The notes under the pieces were generated by a model. That model was not told the DNA's origin. It made no database searches and worked only from the letters and a program-made list of their open reading frames with translations. Below, piece after piece: positions 58,101 to 64,000 of a stretch of DNA of 64,000 bases; position 1 is the first letter of the stretch; each line of letters begins with the position of its first letter. The DNA comes from a virus: IMG/VR virus record IMGVR_UViG_3300025687_000026, positions 1 to 64,000 of that record; one strand, written 5' to 3'. A program made the translations under genes and the position numbers.

Positions 58101-61100
58101 TCGCACGGGAGAACACACCTTGCATGTGAGTGAGTTCTTTCTGCATCTCAGGCTCGTTTTCCATAATGGGCGGTGTGTTGAAGTCGCTACTGTCGGTAAA
58201 GGCGAGGGTGTAGGAACCTGAGTCTGTTCCCATATCGTAGCGGTCTTGCGGCGCATCGGGGTTGCTATTGGAGGGGAAGGTAGCCAACCCATCTGAACCG
58301 TTGTTCGGTGGTGCAGATTCAGGACTGTTCGGCATGGGGGTGATGTTCGGTAGATGGCCGAGCACGCTGGCGCAGCCCATGCTTCCACCGTAGGGTGAGA
58401 AACCAAGCGAAGCGTGCCATGCTCCCAAACCAGCAGCATATTGTCCGCTAAGCCCACCACTCAGTGTGTTGAGATAGGAATAGCGCTCACCAGCCCAACC
58501 TGCAACACCAACGGGTTTAGTTCGGTCAATAGCGTCAACGAGGCCGTTGAAGTGGACTTGTCCATAACCGCTCACCCTCGTCGTATTCCTCCATTGGTGG
58601 ACACCTGCCTTAACCCACACATACAGTTTTAGTCCCGATACACCGGAGCCCAGCGTTGGGTAGGTCAACGGGTTACCGTCAAGGTAGTTATCCCATGTCG
58701 CTACACTCTCAAAAGCACCGTAACCGCTGATTCGATTCTGTCCAAGGAAGAACTTGACTTTGTAACTACCACCGACATACAGGACGATGCGGCTGTGATA
58801 GGGAGCAAAGGCCGGTGAGTTCTCTCCGAGGATAGTTGTAGCAAACGAGTTAGTGGTGCGAATCCAACCCGTTTCAGGAATGTTGTAACCATCGTCAGGA
58901 TTGCTACCAATGTCGACGGTGATGAAGGACGAATTGAGAGCGATGCCTCCACCTCCTTGCGCATAGTCGACAATGTTAGCGCCTTCAAGTTCCCGCCACC
59001 CGTAACGGTCTTGCTTCATGGCGTTGCTAAAACTCGGTAAGAAGGTCCCGCCCATGGCTTTGAGTGCACCGCCGCCGGGATAGGTGTTGATAGCGGCACC
59101 GAGTAGAGCGGCTAACTCTTCTCCGTTTTGACAGCGAGTGGCGTCTACAGCGATGTATTCCATGTCGATGATGTCACGCGTGACTGTTTCAGACACAAAG
59201 GCACCCGAAGAGCCGTAAAGAATCTTGGTCGCCAGTGGAGCGGCAACACGGAAAGCACTGGGATGCAATTCGTTGCCGCTAATGGCGCTCTTTGACACTC
59301 GACTGTTGTCATCAGGATGAGGCGGATTGAAAGTAATTTGATTGTCCATCCACGAACCGCCCGGATGGTAACCGCCATCCATGTGGAAACACCAGTCTGA
59401 ACTACTCGCCATGGAGAAGCCCATGTAGACCCCGTGACGGTTGGGGTGAGCCATGCGGTAGTCATGAACATTGGACACCGTGAGGTTAGTCGCTCCTGAA
59501 GTGAACACTTCACCATACATACGACCAGCCTCGGGACGCTGGCGCAGAATCTCAACATTGGGCTTACCCTGAGCAGGTTCCCAGTTGATGGTTTGACGCC
59601 AATGGAATCGACCGCGGTTGAGTTGATAGGTGCTGGTCCACGGCATGTAGTGACCGGCGTCGTTCATGATGTGGTTGGGCATGAATGCCGTGTTGCTACC
59701 CGTGTGAGCAGGCACTTTAGACCAAGTGTTACCCACCGTGATAGCCCGTCCGGGCGCAGGTTCGTAGGTGTTGACGGGCGTCGCCTCCTCTTGCGTAAAT
59801 GGGAAGGCCTGACCGGGGCCAAAAATGAGGAATGTTGTTTTGTTTTCAACACCATCACGGTGGTCGTTGTAGCGGGCTGTTGGGTGAGCGAAGCGTAGCA
59901 CCAAAGGAATGGGCACCTGAATAGCAACGCCTGCCGTGTAGGGGGCGGGATTGGGATGGTCAGGGTGAACGGTCTGAGTCCCGCCCTTGATGTCAGGACT
60001 GAGGAGGCTATCCTGATTGAAGAACGGTGGATTGATGCTTCCACGATGCTGATTCAAAAGTGCTGTGCCGGGGAAGAAGGCCATGATTGCGTTGCAGTCC
60101 ACCAATGAGAAGGACGAGAGTGTCTCGTTGGCGTGCTGAATGCCCGCCACACCGGTCGGCCCGTTTGCATAAGGATGAGTGTATTTTTCGCTGTAGTCGT
60201 TAGCGCTACCGTCATTGACATCAATGGTTACACCGCTAAAGCCGCCACCGAAGAACAACGGAACCCAATGGTCGCTGCTGTCCCGACCCCCACGGAAGAA
60301 CACTTGCGACCGTGAGTGGAGGCTACCAAGCACACGCACACCGGCAGTCCTGAAGGCTCGCAGCGCACCGTAGCGCTGAATGGTTGGGTCGGTGGACGGT
60401 TTGGCGTCGGGTGGAGTTCCAGTCAATGTTGCTTCATCAATCAAGATGTGGTCAAGTGAAGTAAAACCGGAAGACGCTGTTCCACCGTTGACAGTAGTTG
60501 CGAGAGCGGAAGAGAAGTTTCCAAAATAGACCTCGGATTGACTGCTAAAGGACGCAACTTTCGCAAGGCTGCTGATGGTGTCTCCTTCGTTACCAGCAGG
60601 TCGGAAGAAGTGCCATGGCTTACCGCTACCGGCAGCCAACCCCACTTCAGGGAACTTAGGTGAGTTGATGTAAGAGTCGTTTGCATCGGTTTCAAGAGTT
60701 GGGTTGTTGACCATTGGTAGGATGTGGTCGCCTGAGTAAGCAGTAAAGCGTTGACCGTTGAGATTTTGTTCCCACACTTCCGTGTCAACAGGTTCGTTGC
60801 TTGAGTCGACGAGAACCGGTGAGGCAGTGTTGGCGTTAGAGCCGCGCCCCTTGGTGCTCACTTGCACGACAGTGTAGGGAATGTAGCCACACTCTGCTCT
60901 TAAGCCAGCATCAATTTGAGCATCGGTGGCTGCCCGGTTGTTGGAACTGGGCAGGGTCACACCATCCTTGGTCATCTTGACAAACTGCACATCCCCGTGC
61001 TCAACATGGGCGGCTTGAATCGCCATGTCACGATGTAGCGTGGCGGTGAAAAAGTCAGAGATTGGTCGCACTTTACGGGCCGTGTTGTAAGCACGAATGC

Positions 61101-64000
61101 GAATAGCATCTTCAGCCACGCCCCATTGACCGAGAGTGCGTCCATCAGCAGCGAAAAACTCAGTGCAATCAAACGGCACACCCTCCTCAATGTTTGGATT
61201 CGGTAGGTTGATGGCCGTCGTGACCACTGCCGCCAACAGTTCGTCGGTGACCAATGTGGTCCAATTAGCGCAAGACGACACCAATGCACGAATGCTTGTC
61301 GTGTTGAGGCCAAAACGCTTAGCACCGACGGTAACGGTCGAAGCCGTAGCGAAAGTGTGTGAAGTCATGAACTCGGTGCCTTCGACGCCGTAAAAAATGT
61401 GGGGGCCTGTGTTATCGTTACGGGTGCGACTCGTGTAGGAAAACATGTGACCCCATGAGCCAACAGCGGTGGCTGCGTTGAAGGGGTCTGATACCTGAAT
61501 GACGCCATCTTCAATTGGAAAGCCCATGTAACCCAGCACATCGAAGTGAGGACAGTTGTTGTAAGGGTCGGTCATCTCCAAGGTCAGCGTCTTGGCTGAA
61601 CTGTCGTAAGTGGCCTTGCAGTCGTAGGCTGCGTTGACACTCGGAACACCGTTCCACCGGTTACCTTCCCAACCAATCAGCGTAGCGTTGCTCGGATTTG
61701 CACCGAAACGACCAGTAGCGTCACCCAATCCACGCATGTGGCGACCGATGGTCAAGCCGCCCTGCCCGACATCTCGGTCGTCAATGTAGATGACAATTTC
61801 ATCCTCAAGCGTGTCAGGCAGTTGCGTTTCATCCAGTGTGAAGTTGTTGTTAATCGCTCGGTAGACGATGCGAATACCATGACGCCTACCAAGGTGGTCA
61901 ATGAATTGAAACCCGTAGAGTGGCGAATCACCGATAGCGTCGTGTGAGATTTGAGAAGCAGGCACATGACCCGTGTAGGTCACCGGGAGAGTGTCGCCCG
62001 ATGTGTTCTGAATATCACCATATCGCTTATCGAAGCGCTTGTCACCCTTGCGACCAAAGCCCCACTTCCCGGCATCGGGTGCGAATCCGGGGATTCCGGC
62101 AGCAACAAGACCGCCAAAGTTCACACGACCGGTAGCCTGCGAACCTGTGCGGAGCCCTTCGGTGTAGTTGGTAATGTAGCCTTCAGCCTCCAACGATTCC
62201 GTGTTGACGGTGTTGAAGGACTGGCCGGAGCCCGTCACCATCGACATGGCTCGCATAACCGGGTCCGAGGATTCATCACCACGCTGAGCAAAGTCACCGG
62301 TGGACTTGACATCAGCAGATGAAGCATCGGGCAGGGTGTATTGACGCAGCGAAGTAATCGGTGCAAAGGGTCGCCCGTGCTTGTTTAGAGGCATTGGCGC
62401 TGGGTGCATGTTCTCGCCACTGAGTTCATCAGGTTGACACCAAAAAGTCCTGAAGCGACCACCGTGACCAATCAAGAACTCAGGTTGGTAAGCCGATTGA
62501 CCCCGAGCGTTGTCAAGCCACACAGCAAAGTTGCGACCGGTAGCACCGGGCACGGTGCTGTGAATGACCACGGAGAAACCTTCTCGTCCCTTGGTGTCTT
62601 GCACGACACGGCCAAGATGAGCACGGAAGTAACCCATGTGACTGCCTTGGTCTTGCGTGCTGAACGCCTTGTCTGAGTCCCACCACACGGCAGGGTCGAA
62701 AGCAGAGCCCGTCTCACCGTTGGTAAGATTGGTGCGGGCGTTCTTGGCCCCTGCTTGGTTAATAATTCGCACTACTTCACGAGCAGCAGCCTCAATGTCG
62801 GTGACACCGTCACGAGTAGCGACTTCACCGCAGTCAATGGTAAGACGACGGGTGAAGTCCATTTCAGTCCAGTGCTTAAGATGCTGCAAACGCTGCTCGT
62901 CGTGCGAAGACAGGTCAAGAGCACCTGAGCGAATACCACGCAGAGCAAGGAAGGCAGGGACAACACGAGTGCCGTCGGGTGTATCGAACAGGGTAGATGG
63001 GTCACGGGTCGTGGCCCCTGCCTTCTCCTCACGATGTAGCGTTAAAGCGACGATAAAGCGGTCGAGGTTGGAGCGAACCTTGCGAGTGTAAGTGTGTGCC
63101 TCATTAGCCCAGTAGGGGATGACTGTAGCGTCGTTGGTTCGAGGCTGAATGCTGTCGCCAATCGACCGCTCGCTAAACGGACCGCCGGTGTAATAACCCG
63201 TGTGCACCATGTGTCCGTGTGCCTTCCCATACTGCGTGATGCGGTCAAGTGCCGTGAGGTGGGTTGAAGTGCCCGAAGGAGCGACACTCACGCGGAACCT
63301 ACCGCTTGTGCCGCCGCTCACGGTGATGACATCGTTGTGCTGATAACCTGTCCCGGCAGATGCAATCACCGCTGTAGCAATCGCCCCGCCGCTCACTGTA
63401 ATGGTGACGGTAAGCCCAGCACCGGTGCCCGTCGTGGTCGTTGCCTTGGTTCCAGCCGTGTAACCTGAACCGTTTGCACCGCTACTATAGTAAGGAGTGA
63501 GAGCAGTGACTTTACCCGTGATAGGTGATTTCATGACGCTCGCAGCATAGTGGTTAGCGAGGTCATGAGCATAAGCACTCTCCATGAAACGAGAGCGAGT
63601 AGTGTTGCGGACGAACTTGTTCTGACTGGGATAACCGGCAGCCGTGTCAATTTGAGTGATGTAGCCGTGCTGTCCAGCGCCATTATACTCAATGCCGTAT
63701 TTACCAAGGTCAATTTGGTCGCTACCGTCAACGATGTTCTGCGCCGTGGTGTGCCGTTGGAACCCGATTTCAGTTACCTTGGCGCTGGTTTGAACCTGCA
63801 TGTGAAGGTCTTGGAATGCGACGAACTCACGGTCGTGAGCGACATCGTAGAGAAGGACACGAGCGTGGTCATCACCGTTGAGCATGGGGTCGAGATAAGC
63901 AACTACTGGCGGATTGCTGATACCCAGTTCAGCGTAGTTGACCTCGATGGTCTTATTGACATGCTGAGCGTAGTTGATGGCCGTTTCACGACAAGTGTTG
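52186..64000 (-). CDS. Giant virion-associated protein (>3930 aa, 5' end outside the window)
   Basis: ORF track 3899 aa; frame stays open from 63885 to the window end; G/T/S/P-rich, structural context. Confidence 0.85.
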   Translation of the reverse strand, partial: NTCRETAINYAQHVNKTIEVNYAELGISNPPVVAYLDPMLNGDDHARVLLYDVAHDREFVAFQDLHMQVQTSAKVTEIGFQRHTTAQNIVDGSDQIDLGKYGIEYNGAGQHGYITQIDTAAGYPSQNKFVRNTTRSRFMESAYAHDLANHYAASVMKSPITGKVTALTPYYSSGANGSGYTAGTKATTTTGTGAGLTVTITVSGGAIATAVIASAGTGYQHNDVITVSGGTSGRFRVSVAPSGTSTHLTALDRITQYGKAHGHMVHTGYYTGGPFSERSIGDSIQPRTNDATVIPYWANEAHTYTRKVRSNLDRFIVALTLHREEKAGATTRDPSTLFDTPDGTRVVPAFLALRGIRSGALDLSSHDEQRLQHLKHWTEMDFTRRLTIDCGEVATRDGVTDIEAAAREVVRIINQAGAKNARTNLTNGETGSAFDPAVWWDSDKAFSTQDQGSHMGYFRAHLGRVVQDTKGREGFSVVIHSTVPGATGRNFAVWLDNARGQSAYQPEFLIGHGGRFRTFWCQPDELSGENMHPAPMPLNKHGRPFAPITSLRQYTLPDASSADVKSTGDFAQRGDESSDPVMRAMSMVTGSGQSFNTVNTESLEAEGYITNYTEGLRTGSQATGRVNFGGLVAAGIPGFAPDAGKWGFGRKGDKRFDKRYGDIQNTSGDTLPVTYTGHVPASQISHDAIGDSPLYGFQFIDHLGRRHGIRIVYRAINNNFTLDETQLPDTLEDEIVIYIDDRDVGQGGLTIGRHMRGLGDATGRFGANPSNATLIGWEGNRWNGVPSVNAAYDCKATYDSSAKTLTLEMTDPYNNCPHFDVLGYMGFPIEDGVIQVSDPFNAATAVGSWGHMFSYTSRTRNDNTGPHIFYGVEGTEFMTSHTFATASTVTVGAKRFGLNTTSIRALVSSCANWTTLVTDELLAAVVTTAINLPNPNIEEGVPFDCTEFFAADGRTLGQWGVAEDAIRIRAYNTARKVRPISDFFTATLHRDMAIQAAHVEHGDVQFVKMTKDGVTLPSSNNRAATDAQIDAGLRAECGYIPYTVVQVSTKGRGSNANTASPVLVDSSNEPVDTEVWEQNLNGQRFTAYSGDHILPMVNNPTLETDANDSYINSPKFPEVGLAAGSGKPWHFFRPAGNEGDTISSLAKVASFSSQSEVYFGNFSSALATTVNGGTASSGFTSLDHILIDEATLTGTPPDAKPSTDPTIQRYGALRAFRTAGVRVLGSLHSRSQVFFRGGRDSSDHWVPLFFGGGFSGVTIDVNDGSANDYSEKYTHPYANGPTGVAGIQHANETLSSFSLVDCNAIMAFFPGTALLNQHRGSINPPFFNQDSLLSPDIKGGTQTVHPDHPNPAPYTAGVAIQVPIPLVLRFAHPTARYNDHRDGVENKTTFLIFGPGQAFPFTQEEATPVNTYEPAPGRAITVGNTWSKVPAHTGSNTAFMPNHIMNDAGHYMPWTSTYQLNRGRFHWRQTINWEPAQGKPNVEILRQRPEAGRMYGEVFTSGATNLTVSNVHDYRMAHPNRHGVYMGFSMASSSDWCFHMDGGYHPGGSWMDNQITFNPPHPDDNSRVSKSAISGNELHPSAFRVAAPLATKILYGSSGAFVSETVTRDIIDMEYIAVDATRCQNGEELAALLGAAINTYPGGGALKAMGGTFLPSFSNAMKQDRYGWRELEGANIVDYAQGGGGIALNSSFITVDIGSNPDDGYNIPETGWIRTTNSFATTILGENSPAFAPYHSRIVLYVGGSYKVKFFLGQNRISGYGAFESVATWDNYLDGNPLTYPTLGSGVSGLKLYVWVKAGVHQWRNTTRVSGYGQVHFNGLVDAIDRTKPVGVAGWAGERYSYLNTLSGGLSGQYAAGLGAWHASLGFSPYGGSMGCASVLGHLPNITPMPNSPESAPPNNGSDGLATFPSNSNPDAPQDRYDMGTDSGSYTLAFTDSSDFNTPPIMENEPEMQKELTHMQGVFSRAMLVISHESELALVAKTDRDGQKSVGDWLRLVDAADVTKAGTVRWDDRIHGQDRFYAPAHAGPNVEALIHNATSRPTISDYTVTNALDGAPFDAEFSLHPPITAESDLENAEPCFTKTGDLFFDLDKSIGSHFSASAGAQRNVAANFYASASVQPSTLFGGTKQKNTFWVGDVNAYEMYARSPAKNFNIEHVVWKRMDGGSLSMPAVNARGLGAVPWVNRVSGGVGYTTGEKLLGNVRFSFETTNSAMLPVLQAQELAHPQLAEKHRIKLQNVLEIPNEHLQFEEMEVIDDTGQTHTLSGGSPLGVVIRAFRAAGERLASGLAPSVANTSTSPNLVVQLPDPESIPGNILVRSGFDRLQAYQNETMGDGGMIHPDLGASHLGHLFDNAISGPRYGPTMNEVGWEHIAEGSAFPDSTKNGWVETTGNRPLQSSYELHDRTLFFHVTKMGHSHTDRFPTVYTHSNGVETQSLTVSSYSSGVLTASATINSRVFDAAFASKEVSDNRRFLRLSSSGDSCVVSYTGISGDTFTGVVGDIDFTEFIAANPSATITPSYYIPAGSTRFFAARRLRDHAEVSGNSPDMAHTEYITGTALLAHTRYSKPQLTPMPMPRMGHHFVNATMPMLPGHWAHPAYQGLYGKHEAERRATLQDADLIRLLENVDPTTTTLPASVTDYLHPLNPQLRIGSLTATPSGPSDIHGGAFTLMFETKVRFDGYGVLASKGDAGDINKAGGHSIVLEAGANYTQDGHFPDPAEVGAYQIVIQPNLRKQQLTGFHHNNSDASALPDGTARELTGQQVHLVVGIKYDSERGTAIGAATLILSEATLADVRGCEIFVNEVILDHDPDHGSQFSNLPPMLLYNALGVQGSESPTFTRRSHPYHTSMFVDATPGYTLNIPWWSILHKNSPDDATATGFRHLALYRLDNYYEFCRASHGALGAQLTLGGYPSISPDIYSKVLANTSISPVATVQSTGVGYIQVDDASLFPEVPYYGQQLVYTDNDGVTQTLSYTKRTGLTYSSGTMNQPYRFITTALSLPSAGTVLRLSRPYSREVSTSLLTKSQGVLSLNLDQLRGGTRDTNSLYTPDAFVCAWHPNLGRPHTFYSDSSRTWGDATDDRAVDKAAYNSMPEHFETVHYHGVNYAASLGPFHLDFKTPEPPSQFSGTFQSAAGSPSTITMNADVSSDGASAGDYIFVEGKVLGKIAGGGISGVNIVLTTDILFTPAVGSKVYFGADGTAETAANIHIMSGYQAQGSNTVMLSHYWPSGSRGGPLVSRLDGYAAWSAAWNLPALYEAGGGKHWEDTGDAASYTASDGIGIASSLVSTRSYPFGYRFGLRQPWNRPQWGHYGMRAFTESSYSSSNLTLGYKPGPLVEYESQDWNYAGGAGLTPKTLPTTYVGVMERQTNFSGMLGPDKPEWQVRYSDGRRMTRSFGCPVRIIRNNADAPRDWWGDSQGLGIGTIEGAAGYYLVDWWGNTRGEDVRKAPVRGFGIRPAWDAGDAYEYDRTYGRSPYARLWNGGKPIVNFKGVVDPLTGKVLSSPTEVIPRFGGRLNDTNNNNAFVLVDVFAPTNAMRVGDMGGGRGVRYPTQFNEDVLTELSAVYEGSGVVLSHHTAEPTFGQGLLRPRDDVLQPDEVKRGISGRLEIAEDGLLKPEAAVSDRVESITGTSVHKEPISRSSPRIGIDADTLESFSTGINADMVAINSEAHSLHTDRGVGQRIVLQGGLQSGSQTLEDYDLTSLSFAAQPQGGVMRFSHTGNIKPMGGTYILESRSFVNPFDDTGWGRSGSGTTSNPYQTTTSTTTPHNLTDTTVRFMLRPVRLLDNQHIEVFRPVRAVASGTPQYGSTFYTATAGGKYGLFTYESTNASAGSYMRATVPDGNAPYQPVYLMESSSDTVPVSKGPKLPGSAMPTFDTGTLKSTVTRLLISENTLQHYRSDAPRRTGSGKDYSVKPRFSQSLHSKGHKADVTYNTSDHSGDAP

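Noticed and set aside
52327-63731. Many short ORFs within the giant gene, including 57450..58460
   Set aside because: Alternative-frame or antisense shadows without motifs.
1-64000. Cellular chromosome, integrated provirus boundary, or DGR/retron
   Set aside because: No housekeeping operons, rRNA/tRNA, integrase, att site or reverse transcriptase seen; organisation is viral throughout.

Overview
This window is a 64-kb slice of a tailed dsDNA archaeal virus. Gene content points to a 'Magrovirus' infecting Marine Group II (Poseidoniales) archaea; this is an inference from PolB, a PriS-PriL primase fusion, RFC, a clamp-like protein, an MCM-like ATPase, an ERCC4 nuclease, a group II chaperonin and GGAGGTGA-type SD sites. 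There are three blocks. (1) <1-8869, minus strand: diverse proteins (kinase-like, ParB/Srx-like, GNAT-like, a zincin-containing polyprotein) sharing a short F-[DE]-x-A-W-x-[VLI]-[LI]-K tag, interrupted by an HMG-CoA lyase gene. (2) 9501-47381, plus strand: after a GC-rich, repeat-laden divergence region come early and replication genes, punctuated by at least 13 copies of a 24-bp element CTTCACTACTTAAAG(C/A)(A/G)G(C/T)AT(C/T)AA. This block includes a SNF2/HARP helicase, ArdC, a DenV-like glycosylase, a dikinase-like enzyme coupled to a CX5R phosphatase, PC4, a single-domain TFB-like protein, degenerate ligase-like and LAGLIDADG-like genes, and a candidate structured RNA. (3) 47390->64000, minus strand: tail/virion genes including a >3900-aa protein. 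The best candidates for undescribed systems are the peptide-tagged effector/polyprotein cassette (proposed virion packaging and protease-processing signal), the dikinase/phosphatase pair, and the virus-specific promoter with its mini-TFB. All assignments come from motif recognition by eye; no database searches were run.
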